From an uncultured Actinomycetota bacterium (GTDB lineage Bacteria > Actinomycetota > Actinomycetes > Propionibacteriales > Nocardioidaceae): DNA of 64,000 nt. The position numbers and the translations under genes are program-made. Of this stretch, positions 19,383 through 29,506 are shown one piece after another. Where the stretch lies: contig CAVWML010000013.1 of assembly GCA_963756045.1 (NCBI GenBank), forward strand, positions 335-64,334, read 5' to 3'. A model generated the notes under the pieces. The model did no database searches. It was given only the letters and a program-made list of their open reading frames with translations, and had not been told where the DNA came from. Position 1 is the first letter of the stretch. The number at the start of each line of letters is the position of its first letter.

Positions 19383-20726
19383 GTGAGCGAGCTCCCCCGC
19401 AAGGCCGTGAAACGCACTGCGAAGCTGGCCGCGCTGCCCCTGGGCTACGCGGGGCGCACCGCCCTGGGCATCGGCAAGCGCATCGGCGGGGCCCCGGCCG
19501 AGGCCGTGGTGACCGAGGTGCAGCAGCGCACGGCCGAGCAGCTGTTCCGCACACTCGGCGACCTCAAGGGCGGGGCCATGAAGTTCGGCCAGGCCATGTC
19601 GATCTTCGAGGCCGCGCTGCCCGACGAGCTCGCGGCGCCGTACCGCGAGCAGCTGACGCGCCTGCAGGACTCCGCTCCCCCGATGCCGACGATGACCGTG
19701 CGCACCATCCTGGCCCGCGAGCTCGGCGCGGACTGGAACGACCACCTCGTCGACCTCGACCCGGTCCCGGCAGCGGCCGCATCGATCGGGCAGGTGCACC
19801 AGGCCCGCTGGCGCTCCGGTGACGAGGAGCCCCGCGAGGTCGCGGTCAAGATCCAGTACCCCGGCGCCGCCGAGGCGCTCACCTCCGACCTGCGTCAGCT
19901 CGCGCGCGTGGCCCGGGGGCTCGGGCCGCTGGTGCCCGGGCTCGACATCAAGCCGCTGCTCGCCGAGCTGCAGGACCGGGCCGTCGAGGAGCTCGACTAC
20001 CAGCTCGAGGCCGACGCCCAGCGCACGTTCGCGGCCGAGTTCCGCGACGACCCCGACATCGTGGTACCCGACGTCGTCGCCGAGTCCGGGACCGTGCTGG
20101 TCACCGAGTGGCTGGAGAGCCCGGCCTCGCTCGCGCAGGTGATCCGTGAGGGCTCGCAGGCCGAGCGCGACCACTACGGCCACCACTTCCTGCGGTTCAT
20201 GTTCGAGGCCCCCTCGCGCACCGGCATGCTGCACGCCGACCCGCACCCGGGGAACTTCCGGCTCGTCCCGGATGCCGACGGCAGCCCCGGTCGCCTCGGC
20301 GTGCTCGACTTCGGCGCGGTGGCCCGGTTGCCGCAGCGCCAGCTGCCGCGCTCGATCGGCGCACTGATCCGGATCGCGATGACCGAGGACTACGACCAGC
20401 TCGTCACCCACCTGCGCGACGAGGGCTTCATCCGCGAGCGCATCCGCATCGACGCCGACCAGCTGCGTGCCTACCTCGGGCCCTTCCTCGAGCCGGCGAG
20501 CGTCGAGGAGTTCCACTTCTCGCGCGAGTGGATGCAGCGCCAGTTCCGGCGCCTCAACGACCCGCGCGGCGACGCCTACTCCGCGATGCTGCGGCTGAAC
20601 CTGCCGCCGGCGTACATGCTCATCCACCGGACCTTCGCCGGCGGCGTCGGCGTGCTGAGCCAGCTCGAGGCCACCGTCCCGTTCCGCCAGGTGCTCATCG
20701 ACTGGCTGCCCGGGTTCGCCGACTGA
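19383..20726 (+). CDS. ABC1/AarF (UbiB) family kinase, Rv3197-like
   Basis: LKGGAMKFGQ, AAASIGQVH, VAVKIQYPG, EELDY, HADPHPGN, LDFGAV. Confidence 0.92.
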   Translation: MSELPRKAVKRTAKLAALPLGYAGRTALGIGKRIGGAPAEAVVTEVQQRTAEQLFRTLGDLKGGAMKFGQAMSIFEAALPDELAAPYREQLTRLQDSAPPMPTMTVRTILARELGADWNDHLVDLDPVPAAAASIGQVHQARWRSGDEEPREVAVKIQYPGAAEALTSDLRQLARVARGLGPLVPGLDIKPLLAELQDRAVEELDYQLEADAQRTFAAEFRDDPDIVVPDVVAESGTVLVTEWLESPASLAQVIREGSQAERDHYGHHFLRFMFEAPSRTGMLHADPHPGNFRLVPDADGSPGRLGVLDFGAVARLPQRQLPRSIGALIRIAMTEDYDQLVTHLRDEGFIRERIRIDADQLRAYLGPFLEPASVEEFHFSREWMQRQFRRLNDPRGDAYSAMLRLNLPPAYMLIHRTFAGGVGVLSQLEATVPFRQVLIDWLPGFAD

Positions 20727-20730
20727 CGCG

Positions 20731-20762
20731 GGTGGTTTCCCTAGTTAACTAGGGAAACCACC
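20731..20762. repeat. Perfect 32-bp palindrome between convergent genes
   Basis: GGTGGTTTCCCTAGTT|AACTAGGGAAACCACC. Confidence 0.85.
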
Positions 20763-20807
20763 GCCGACCACGCGAAGCATCGCGTGCGAAGCGGCAGTTC
20801 TTCGTGG

Positions 20808-21549
20808 TCAGCGGCCACCGGCGACGCGGAGCACGGCGCCGGTGGCGTAGGGGCAGGCGTCCGAGAGCAGCCAGGCGATCGCCTCGGCCACCTCCTCGGG
20901 CTCACCCACCCGGCCCATCGGCACGTGGGCTGCCGCCCGCTCGAGCCGGCCGGCATCGCCGGCCGCGGCGTGGATCTCGGTGCGGACGATGCCTGGCGCG
21001 ACCGCGTTGACCCGGATGCCGCGGCCGGCGACCTCCTGGGCCAGGCCGTGAGTGAGCGCGTCGACCCCCGCCTTGGCGGCGGCGTAGTGGACGTACTCGT
21101 GCGGCGAGCCCAGTGTGGCCGCGCCCGAGGAGACGTTGACCAGGGCACCGCCCTCGCCGAGGTGGCGCACGGCGCCGCGGGCGACGTAGATCGCCGCGGT
21201 CAGGTTGAGGTCGACCACCCGTCGGATGACGTCGGTTGGTGTGTCTCGCGAGGTCGCCCAGGTGCAGGGTGGCGCCGGCGTTGTTGACCACACCGGTCAG
21301 CGGACCGCCCGCCAGCGCCTCGGCGAAGAGACGCTCGACCTCGGCCGGGTCGGTGACGTCGGCGGCCACGCTCACGACGTCGGCGCCGAGGGCACGGGCC
21401 TCCTCGGCGACCCCCTCGGCCGCCTCGTGGTCGGAGCGGTAGCCGACGACGACGTCGTGACCCCCGGTCGCCAGGCGGCGTACGACGGCCGCACCGATGC
21501 CGCGCGAGCCGCCCGTGACCAGGGTGCGCGGTCGCGGGCTCACCACCAC
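20808..21549 (-). CDS. SDR family oxidoreductase (frameshift)
   Basis: TGGSRGIG, NNAG, NVSS, YAAAK, V.GGR. Confidence 0.88.
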
Positions 21550-21701
21550 TCGGAGTCCAGCTTGCTCTCCATGGCACGCAGGTGCTCGCGGGAGCAGGTG
21601 TCACAGAACCACCGGAGCTTGCCCAGCTCGACGGCGGAGGTCCAGGTGATCGGCGGGTCGTCAGCCTCGACCGTGGTCCCGCAGAAGGAGCAGCTCACCA
21701 C
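21540..21701 (-). CDS. Small Cys4 protein (53 aa, absent from ORF track)
   Basis: MVSCSFCGTTVEADDPPITWTSAVELGKLRWFCDTCSREHLRAMESKLDSEWW; stop overlaps SDR start. Confidence 0.75.
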   Translation of the reverse strand: MVSCSFCGTTVEADDPPITWTSAVELGKLRWFCDTCSREHLRAMESKLDSEWW

Positions 21702-21728
21702 ATCGCCAGCCTATGCCCGCCGACATGC

Positions 21729-21777
21729 CACGAGCCCCGGATGACGTCCCATCGCTGGTGGTCATCCGGGGCTCGTG
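21729..21777 (-). terminator. Terminator hairpin downstream of the whiB7 operon
   Basis: CACGAGCCCCGGATGAC...GTCATCCGGGGCTCGTG 17-bp stem. Confidence 0.7.
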
Positions 21778-21803
21778 TCCCTGGGTGTCGGGTGTCGCTG
21801 CGG

Positions 21804-22010
21804 TCAGAGGACCTTGGCGACGGCCAGTCGCGCCTGCGACGCGGCACGCTCGGCCCGGCGGGAGGCCCGCTCGGCCCGGTGCGCCAGCCGCTCGGCCCGG
21901 CGCTGCATCCGCGTGGCGGCGGCAGCCTGGTGGGCGCGGCGGCTCTGCCCGAACTCGACGCGGCGCGCGGCGTGCAGCTCGCGAGCCAGGTCGGTCGAGA
22001 GGAGGCTCAT
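21804..22010 (-). CDS. Small Arg/Ala-rich helical protein co-transcribed with whiB7
   Basis: MSLLSTDLARE...RRAERASRRAERA; lies between whiB7 and the terminator. Confidence 0.65.
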   Translation of the reverse strand: MSLLSTDLARELHAARRVEFGQSRRAHQAAAATRMQRRAERLAHRAERASRRAERAASQARLAVAKVL

Positions 22011-22055
22011 CGGCTTGCTCCGTTCTGGTGGTGATGGACATGGTGGTCATGGTGG

Positions 22056-22355
22056 TCAGGCCGCCGTCACGACGGACTGGTCCTTGCGCGGACGGCCTCG
22101 CGGGCGCTTGCGGGGGATCACCGTTCCCTGGAGGAACAGCTCACCGCCCCAGACACCCCACGGCTCACGCCGCTCGAGGGCCCCGGCCAGGCACTCGACC
22201 CGGACCGGACAGTCCTGGCAGAGCGACTTGGCGAGCTCCACGTCGCTGGGCGACTCGGCGAAGTACAGGTCCGGGTCGTTCACCCGGCACGGCAGCTCCG
22301 ACTCGTCGACCTCGTGGCGCTCGAGGACGGACCGCTCGACGATGCTGGTGCTCAT
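22056..22355 (-). CDS. whiB7: WhiB7/WblC transcriptional activator
   Basis: LPC..DPDLYFAESP, C..CP...C, EPWGVWGGELF, AT-hook RKRPRGRPRK; AGGAGG RBS; follows uvrD2. Confidence 0.93.
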   Translation of the reverse strand: MSTSIVERSVLERHEVDESELPCRVNDPDLYFAESPSDVELAKSLCQDCPVRVECLAGALERREPWGVWGGELFLQGTVIPRKRPRGRPRKDQSVVTAA

Positions 22356-22415
22356 CTGTCACCTCCTCCTGAACTCGTTGCGTGTGACGGATCGGTGGGC
22401 CGGTGAAAGGCCCTT

Positions 22416-22460
22416 GAGAAACACGAAGGCCGCGGATCCCTTGTCGGGTTCCGCGGCCTG
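22416..22460 (-). terminator. Attenuator terminator in the whiB7 leader
   Basis: Minus strand AGGCCGCGGAACCC-GACAA-GGGATCCGCGGCCT followed by TCGTGTTTCT. Confidence 0.75.
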
Positions 22461-22485
22461 GAGGCTGCCGATGAGCGAGGTGGAC

Positions 22486-22659
22486 TCACGTGATCGGTGT
22501 TCTCCAGGACTGGGGACCCATGGCCGTGGCGTCGAAGCCGGCCTCCGGGCGCACTCCACCCTTGAAGCTGAGCGCGGTGGGCGCGACGAGGCGCTCGATC
22601 GACGGCACGACGGAGCGGGACCGCTGAGCGGTCCAGTCGTTGCAGTTGCTGATCTCCAC
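22486..22659 (-). CDS. whiB7 leader peptide (uORF)
   Basis: GAGGAGG RBS + GTG; MEISNCNDWTAQRS...AMGPQSWRTPIT, ending just before the attenuator. Confidence 0.65.
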   Translation of the reverse strand: MEISNCNDWTAQRSRSVVPSIERLVAPTALSFKGGVRPEAGFDATAMGPQSWRTPIT

Positions 22660-22708
22660 GTCGCACCTCCTCGATTCGTCGTCGCGGGCCCTGAGGGCAG
22701 TGAGGAGC

Positions 22709-22748
22709 ACGGTACGCCCGGCCAGATCGGGCGCGCAAACCATTTAAT
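22709..22748 (-). promoter_or_regulatory. WhiB7-autoactivated promoter
   Basis: Minus strand ATTAAAT-GGT-TTGCGC-18nt-TACCGT: AT-rich WhiB7 site immediately upstream of -35. Confidence 0.7.
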
Positions 22749-22782
22749 CCGACTGTGACCTCGAGGTCGCCGACGGCGAGCC

Positions 22783-24876
22783 TCAGGCGATGATCCGGAG
22801 CAGCTCGTCGGCGTACTTCTCGAGCTTGGCCTGGCCGATCCCGTGGATCGAGCGCAGCGAGGTGCGGTTGGTCGGCTTGACCTCCGCGAGCGCCTCGAGG
22901 GTGGCGTCGGAGAAGACCACGAAGGCCGGCACGCTCTGCGCGTCGGCCTGTTCCTTGCGCCAGGCCCGCAACAGCTCGAAGAGCTCCTCGTCGTAGGGCA
23001 CCGGGCACTCCGAGCAGTAGCCGCGGTTGCGCTCGCTCGAGCCGGTCAGCGGGCGCTGGCACTGCTTGCAGACCGCGGCGCGCTTGCCGGACTTGCGGGT
23101 ACGGCGAGGCTCGGAGGACTCGGCGCGGTCGGTCTGCGAGGCCGGTCGCAGGCCGGCCAGGAAGCGCGAGGGCTTGCGCCGGGCCTGGCCGCCGGGGTTG
23201 CGCGCCAGGGACCAGGACAGCCAGAGGTGCACCCGCCCACGGGTGATGCCGACGTAGAGCAGCCGTCGCTCCTCCTCGACCGCCGCCGGGGTGTCGGCGT
23301 AGGTGATCGGCATCGAGCCCTCCTGCAGGCCGCACAGGAACACGGCGTCCCACTCCAGGCCCTTGGCCGCGTGCAGCGTGGCCAGGGTGACCCCCTCGGC
23401 GACGGGGGCGTGCTGCTCGTGGGCGCGTCGGTCGAGCTCGGCGACGAACCCGGTCAGCGTCGCACTGCTGTCGGCACGAGCGAAGTCGTCGGCCTGGGAG
23501 ACCAGCGCCTGCAGGGACTCCCAGCGGTCACGGGCCTGCCCGCGCGCGGTCGGCGCCGTCACCGACCAGCCCATCCCCGAGAGCACCGCCGTGACCCGGT
23601 CGACCAGGCCGCCCGCGGACTCGTCGCCGTCCGCACGGGCCTCGCCGCGCATCAGGGCGATCGCCTGGCGCACCTCCTGGCGCTCGAAGAAGCGCGCCGC
23701 ACCGCGGATGACGTAGGGGATGCCGCGGGCGGTGAGGGCCTCCTCGAACGCCTCGGACTGGGCGTTGATGCGGAACAGCACGGCCATCTCGCGCACGGGC
23801 GTGCCGGCCTCCCTCAAGCGCTGGGCCTGCTCGGCGACCGCCTCGGCCTCGGCCACCTCGTCGGCGGCTTCGTGCCAGCTGAGCTCGGGGCCGGCCTCGC
23901 GCTGGGCGCGCAGCTGGACGTGCGCGGTCGCGGGCCGGCCCTCGGGGTCGCGCGGGAAGATCCGGTTGGCGGCGTCGACGACCTGCGGGGTGGAGCGGTA
24001 GTTGCGCACGAGCTCGACCGTCGTGCAGCCCGGGAACCGGGTCGGGAAGTCGACGAGGTAGTCAGCGCGGGCGCCGGCGAAGGAGTAGATGGTCTGGGCG
24101 GGGTCGCCCACGACGCAGATCTCGTCGCGCCCACCGAGCCACAGGTCGAGCAGGGCCGACTGGATCGGGCTGACGTCCTGGTACTCGTCGACGACGAACC
24201 ACTTGTACTGCCGGCGCACCTCGGCGGCGGTGCGCTCGTCGTCGCTGAGCAGGGCGGCGGCGCACAGGAGGACGTCCTCCATGTCCATGCGGCCCTGGTC
24301 GCGCTTGAGCTCCTCGTAGCTGGCGAAGACGCGGGCCACAGTGGCCGCGTCGAGCCCGCTGACCTCACGGTCGCGGGTGGGCGCGAGCCGGGGGTAGTCG
24401 TCGGGTCGCACGTTGCTGACCTTGGCCCACTCGATCTCGCCGGCGAGGTCACGCAGGAGGGCCTGGCTGACCTCGACCCGGTTGCGTCGCGCCGCTCCGG
24501 CGACGATCGGGATCTTGGACTCGGTCAGCTGGGGTGGCGCCCCGCCGTACACCTTGGGCCAGAAGTAGCGCACCTGGCGCAGCGCGGCGGAGTGGAAGGT
24601 GCGGGCCTGGACCGGTCCGGCGCCCATCGCCCGCAGCCGTCCGCGCATCTCGCCGGCCGCGCGGGTGGTGAAGGTGACGGCGAGCACCTCCATCGGGTCG
24701 TAGACACCGGTGGCCACGCCGTAGGCGATCCGGTGCGTGATGGCCCGGGTCTTGCCGGTGCCGGCGCCGGCGAGCACCCGGACGGGTCCACGCAGCGCGC
24801 TGGCCACCTCGCGCTGCTCGGGGTCGAGGGCCTCGAGCAGGTCGTCGGCCCGGCTCGTCCCGATCTCGTGCGCCAT
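22783..24876 (-). CDS. uvrD2: ATP-dependent DNA helicase UvrD2 (C-terminal Cys4 + HRDC)
   Basis: AGAGTGKT, DEYQD, NYRS, HAAKGLEW, EERRLLYV, CKQC..CSEC, PAFVVFSDATL. Confidence 0.93.
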   Translation of the reverse strand: MAHEIGTSRADDLLEALDPEQREVASALRGPVRVLAGAGTGKTRAITHRIAYGVATGVYDPMEVLAVTFTTRAAGEMRGRLRAMGAGPVQARTFHSAALRQVRYFWPKVYGGAPPQLTESKIPIVAGAARRNRVEVSQALLRDLAGEIEWAKVSNVRPDDYPRLAPTRDREVSGLDAATVARVFASYEELKRDQGRMDMEDVLLCAAALLSDDERTAAEVRRQYKWFVVDEYQDVSPIQSALLDLWLGGRDEICVVGDPAQTIYSFAGARADYLVDFPTRFPGCTTVELVRNYRSTPQVVDAANRIFPRDPEGRPATAHVQLRAQREAGPELSWHEAADEVAEAEAVAEQAQRLREAGTPVREMAVLFRINAQSEAFEEALTARGIPYVIRGAARFFERQEVRQAIALMRGEARADGDESAGGLVDRVTAVLSGMGWSVTAPTARGQARDRWESLQALVSQADDFARADSSATLTGFVAELDRRAHEQHAPVAEGVTLATLHAAKGLEWDAVFLCGLQEGSMPITYADTPAAVEEERRLLYVGITRGRVHLWLSWSLARNPGGQARRKPSRFLAGLRPASQTDRAESSEPRRTRKSGKRAAVCKQCQRPLTGSSERNRGYCSECPVPYDEELFELLRAWRKEQADAQSVPAFVVFSDATLEALAEVKPTNRTSLRSIHGIGQAKLEKYADELLRIIA

Positions 24877-24880
24877 CGTC

Positions 24881-24907
24881 GAAATGTTCTCCGCCCGAAC
24901 TGTGTTG
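24881..24907 (+). promoter_or_regulatory. Possible SigR/SigH promoter for mycoredoxin
   Basis: GAAAT-18nt-GTTG (one mismatch to GGAAT-18-GTT). Confidence 0.4.
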
Positions 24908-24949
24908 TGGAACCGGGAACGCCCACCCTAGAACCGAGGAACGACAACC

Positions 24950-25192
24950 GTGAGCCTGACGATGTACAGCACCCCGTGGTGCGGATACTGCCACCGCCTC
25001 AAGGGCCAGATGGACCGGGCCGGCATCAGCTACGAGATCGTGGACATCGAGCAGGACCCGAGTGCGGCCGACATCGTGATGCAGGTGAACAACGGCAACC
25101 AGACGGTGCCGACCCTGGTGTACGCCGACGGGACCGCGCAGACCAACCCGTCACTGGCCCAGGTGCAGGCGAAGCTGGCTGCGATCGCCTGA
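24950..25192 (+). CDS. mrx1: Mycoredoxin (glutaredoxin-like)
   Basis: MYSTPWCGYCHRLK, GNQTVPT, TNPS. Confidence 0.9.
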   Translation: MSLTMYSTPWCGYCHRLKGQMDRAGISYEIVDIEQDPSAADIVMQVNNGNQTVPTLVYADGTAQTNPSLAQVQAKLAAIA

Positions 25193-25236
25193 CCGGCCCG
25201 ACCCCGGAGAGACATCCGGAGCGGCATGATGCGGAC

Positions 25237-25802
25237 GTGGCCTCACTCGACGACCTCGCGTGGCCCGTCCGCACCGATCGGCTGACCCTGCGCCGACCGG
25301 CCCCGGGGGACGCGGAGACGACCTACGCCTACCGCCGCCTTCCCGAGGTGGCGGAGTGGCTGACCTTCCTGCCGGCCGACCTCGCGAGCTACACCGAGCG
25401 CTTCGACAGCCCCGACTGGCGTGCCGCGACGGTCATCGTCGAGCGCGATGGCTCGGTCGTCGGCGAGCTGAGCATCCGCTCGCAGGACGGCTGGTCGCAG
25501 AAGGAGGTCGCGGAGCAGGCCGCCGGAGTCGAGGCCGAGATCGGTTACGTGATCTCCCCCGAGCACCAGGGTCACGGCTATGCGACCGAGGCCGCGCGGG
25601 CCGCCCTCGCCGTCTGCTTCGAGGGCCTCGCGTACGCCGGGTGACCGCCGGCTGCTTCGTCGCCAACGAGCCCTCGTGGCGGATCATGGAGACGATCGGC
25701 ATGCGCCGCGAGTACCAATCCCTCCGCGACGGCCTGCACCGCACCCGCGGCTGGCTCGACGGCTACGAGTACGCGATCCTCGTCGACGAATGGCGCCGCT
25801 GA
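25237..25802 (+). CDS. GNAT (RimJ/RimL-type) acetyltransferase (frameshift)
   Basis: WP.RTDRLTLR, EIGYV..P.HQG.GYATEA, RRVTA.CF..N..SW..ME..GMR. Confidence 0.85.
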
Positions 25803-25825
25803 CCCCGGCGGTCGACCTGGGCCGC

Positions 25826-26797
25826 CTACCAGCTCCCGGGCAACGTCCCGCCGTACCAGCTCTCGACCAGCGAGCGGGAGATCGAGACACCGCGGGGCAG
25901 GACCAGGGTGCCGTCCTCGGCACCGGCACGCATCTGCTCGCGGGTGAACCACTGGGCGTCCTCGATCTCGGCGCCGTCGACGTCGATCTCGGTCGGCCAG
26001 CGCCCGGCCGGTGAAGCCGATCATCAGGCTCGCGGGCAGCGGCCACGGCTGGCTGCCGAAGTAGGTGACCTCGCCGACCTTGACGCCGGTCTCCTCCTCG
26101 ACCTCGCGGCGTACGGCGTCCTCCATCGTCTCGCCCGGCTCGACGAAGCCGGCGAGCGTGGAGTAGCGCCCGGGCGGCCACGCGGCGTTGCGGCCCAGCA
26201 GCGCCCGCTCGTCGGGCGAGCCGGGCTCGCCGTCGGTGACGATCATGATCACCGCGGGGTCGGAGCGCGGGAACTGGTCCCGGCCGCAGTCGAGGCAGTG
26301 CAGCACGTGGGCGGCCTGCCGAGGCTCGAGCGGCCCCCCGCACCGCGGGCAGTGGCGGGTGGCGTGCAGCCACTCGGCCAGCCCGATGGCGTGCAGGATC
26401 AGCGAGCCCGAGGCCATCCCGTCCGCGGCGACCGCGGGCAGGGCCTCGCGCAGCGGCACCCACTCCTCCCGGGCGCCCGGCGCGGCGGCCGGATCGACGA
26501 TGACCGCGAAGTGCTGCACTCCCTCGCGCTCGCCGAGCAGGATCCGCAGCCCGTCCGGCACCTCCGCCGACGGCAGCCACTCGATCCGGCCGTCCACCGG
26601 CCGCAGCCGCGAGCCCGGCGACGACCAGCACGCGCGTGGCGGGATCGGCCCACGCGCGGTCCAGCCAGCCGGCGTCGGTGCGCAGCAGGCCGTGCCGGTC
26701 GTGGGCATGCCGCGAGAGCGCGACGTGGGGCAGCACCCGGCTGTCCCCGTTGGACTGCCCATCGGACTGCCCCTGGATGCTCGGTGGACCCGGTCAT
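25826..26797 (-). CDS. nudC: NAD(+) diphosphatase NudC (frameshifted; start approximate)
   Basis: CPRCG, FPRSDPAVI, LAGFVEPGE..E.AV.REV.EE.G, SQPWP.P.SLM. Confidence 0.9.
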
Positions 26798-28729
26798 CGG
26801 GCGATCTCGGGCTCACGCTCGAGCCAGGCGCGGAAGGCCCGGTCGTCGTAGGGCCGGCCCAGGAAGTCGCGCACGAGGTCGGCCGCGTCCTTCGAGCCGC
26901 CGGGCACGAGCACCCGGTCGCGGTAGCGGTGCGCGACCTCGGTGTCGAAGAGGTCGTCGGGGTCGAAGGCGGAGAACAGGTCCTTGGCGATCACCAGCGA
27001 CCACGCGTAGGTGTAGTAGCCCGAGGTGTACTCCTCGAGGTGGCCGAACGTGGTGTGGAAGTGGGTGTCGGGCACCATCGCGACCAGCGCGTAGCGCTCC
27101 ATCAGCTCGTTGAGCCGGGCGGTCTGGTCGGCCGGCCGCTCCTGGTGGAACCAGTAGGAGACCGCGGCGTACGCCGTCTGGGTGCGGCGTCAGGAACGCC
27201 TTGCCGAACTCGTCCGCCGCGCGCATCCGGACGACGAGGTCCTCGGGGATCGGCTCGCCGTCCGCATCGGTGGCGAACGTGCGCAGGACCGTCGGGTCCC
27301 AGGCCCACTCCTCGAGCATCATCGAGGGCGCCTCGACGAAGTCCCACTCGGTCGCGACGCCGGAGAAGCGGGCCCATGCGTGCCGCCCGGCGAGCATGTG
27401 GTGCATCAGGTGGCCGAACTCGTGGAACAGCGTGACCACGTCGTCGAGGTCCATCAGCCCGCGCGGGAAGTTGCAGACCAGAGCGCCCTCGGGCAGCTGT
27501 CGTCCGAGGACGCCGTTGACGAGGGTGAACTGCGCGGCGTGGTTGTACTTGCGGTCGCGCGGGTTCAGGTCGAGGTGGATCCGGCCGAGCAGCTCGCCGC
27601 TGTCCACGAGCCGAACGTCGTAGGAGGTGACGTCCGGGTGCCAGGCGGGCACGGCGACGTCCTCGTAGGCGAGGCCGAAGAGGCGGCCGGTGACGTCGAG
27701 GAGGCCTCGCCGGACCTTGCGGAAGTCGAAGTAGCGCCGCAGCTGCTGGGCGTCGACGTCGAACCGCTCGCGCTTGAGGGTCTCGAGGTGGTGGCGCCAG
27801 TTGGCGAAGTCGATGACGTCCTCGCCCTCGCGGCGGGCGTACTCCAGCAGCTGCTCGATCTCGCGGCGGCCGGCGGCGTCGGTGGCCTCGGCGAGGTCGT
27901 CGATGAACGCGGCGATCGCCGGTCCGGAGCCGATCATCTTGACCTCGGCGTCGAAGCTGGGCCAGTCGTCGTACCCGAGCAGGTGGGCCTTCTGCTCCCG
28001 CACCTCGAGCAGCTCGGCCAGCACCGCGTCGTTGTCGGGCCAGCCCACGTTGAGCAGGCTGTGCAGCACGGCGGTGCGCGCCGCAGGGCTGGTGGCGTGG
28101 GTCAGGAACGGCAGCGTGTCGGGGTAGTCGGTGCTGACCGCGACCAGCCCGTCGTCACCGGGCGGGTGCTCCTCGGCGTAGTCGTCCGGCAGCCCGGCGA
28201 GGTCGGCGGCGGCCAGCGCCGTCGTACGCCGCCCGTCGCGGATGCCGCGGGCGAAGGCCTGGGTGAGCTCGCTCTCGCGATGGTTGAGCTCACGCAGCCG
28301 CTCGCGGGTCGACTCGTCACGGTCGACGCCGGAGCGGCGGAAGGCCAGCAGCGCGTCGTCGAGGTAGCGCCGCGCAGGCGCGTCGAGGGCGTCGGCGTCC
28401 AGCGAGCCGAGCCGGTCGTGGATCGCCTGGTCGAGGTAGAGGTCGGTGCTGAACGACTGGGCGTCGATGTGCACGCCGCTCGGCCTCCTCCATCACCGCG
28501 GGATCGGGGTGCACGACGGTCATCAGCGCGCTGACGGCGAAGACGTTGCTCAGCGAGAGCCGGACGTCGTTCCACAGCTCGAGGATCGCCTCGTCACCCG
28601 GGGCGGCCTCCTTGATCGCGGCCACCTGGGCCCCGGCGTCGGCCAACCCGCCGCGCGGCCCGCTCGCTGACCCAGGACAGCCACTCGTCGGGCCGTGCCG
28701 GGAGCGAGCAGAGGACTGAGCTGATCCAC
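26794..28729 (-). CDS. M3 family Zn oligopeptidase (frameshifted)
   Basis: [36 protein letters not shown]. Confidence 0.9.
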
Positions 28730-28754
28730 GTCCGAGACACTAGTCTCGGCCCCG

Positions 28755-29468
28755 ATGAGCACTCACATCGGCGCCGAGCCCGGCCAGATCGCCCCCACCG
28801 TCCTGCTCCCCGGCGACCCGCTTGCGGGCCAGATGGATCGCGGAGACCTTCCTCGAGGACGCCACCTGCTACAGCGAGGTGCGCGGCATGTTCGGCTTCA
28901 CCGGCACCTGGCACGGCGCAGCCGGTCTCGGTGCAGGGCTCGGGCATGGGCCAGCCGTCGATGTCGATCTACGCCCACGAGCTGTTCTCGGAGTACGACG
29001 TGCAGACCGTCGTACGCGTCGGGCTCGTGCGGGGCCTTCACCGAGAAGCTGGCCCTGCGTGACGTCGTCATCGCGCAGGCGGCGTGCACCGACTCCTCGA
29101 TGAACCGGCTGCGCTTCCACGGCCTCGACTACGCGCCGATCGCCGACTTCGGGCTGCTGCGCGCCGCGGTCGAGGCCGCCGAGGCGCGCTCCGACATCCG
29201 GCACCACGTCGGCCTGATCTTCTCCGGCGACACCTTCTACAACCCGCGCGAGGAGCTGATGGAGCCGATGGTCGCCCACGGCGTCGTCGCCGTGGAGATG
29301 GAGGCGAGCGCGCTCTACACGCTCGCGGCGTCCTTCGGCCGGCGCGCCCTGGCGATCTGCACCGTCAGCGACCACATCGTCACCGGCGAGGCGGCCAGCG
29401 CCGAGGACCGCCAGCAGACCTTCGCCGCCATGGTCGACCTGGCCCTCAGCGCCGCCTTCGCGTCCTAG
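28755..29468 (+). CDS. deoD: Purine-nucleoside phosphorylase, DeoD type (frameshifted)
   Basis: [44 protein letters not shown]. Confidence 0.9.
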   Translation: MSTHIGAEPGQIAPTVLLPGDPLAGQMDRGDLPRGRHLLQRGARHVRLHRHLARRSRSRCRARAWASRRCRSTPTSCSRSTTCRPSYASGSCGAFTEKLALRDVVIAQAACTDSSMNRLRFHGLDYAPIADFGLLRAAVEAAEARSDIRHHVGLIFSGDTFYNPREELMEPMVAHGVVAVEMEASALYTLAASFGRRALAICTVSDHIVTGEAASAEDRQQTFAAMVDLALSAAFAS

Positions 29469-29506
29469 GAGCGGATAGTCCGAGGCGGTCCGTACCGCGT
29501 AGCCGC

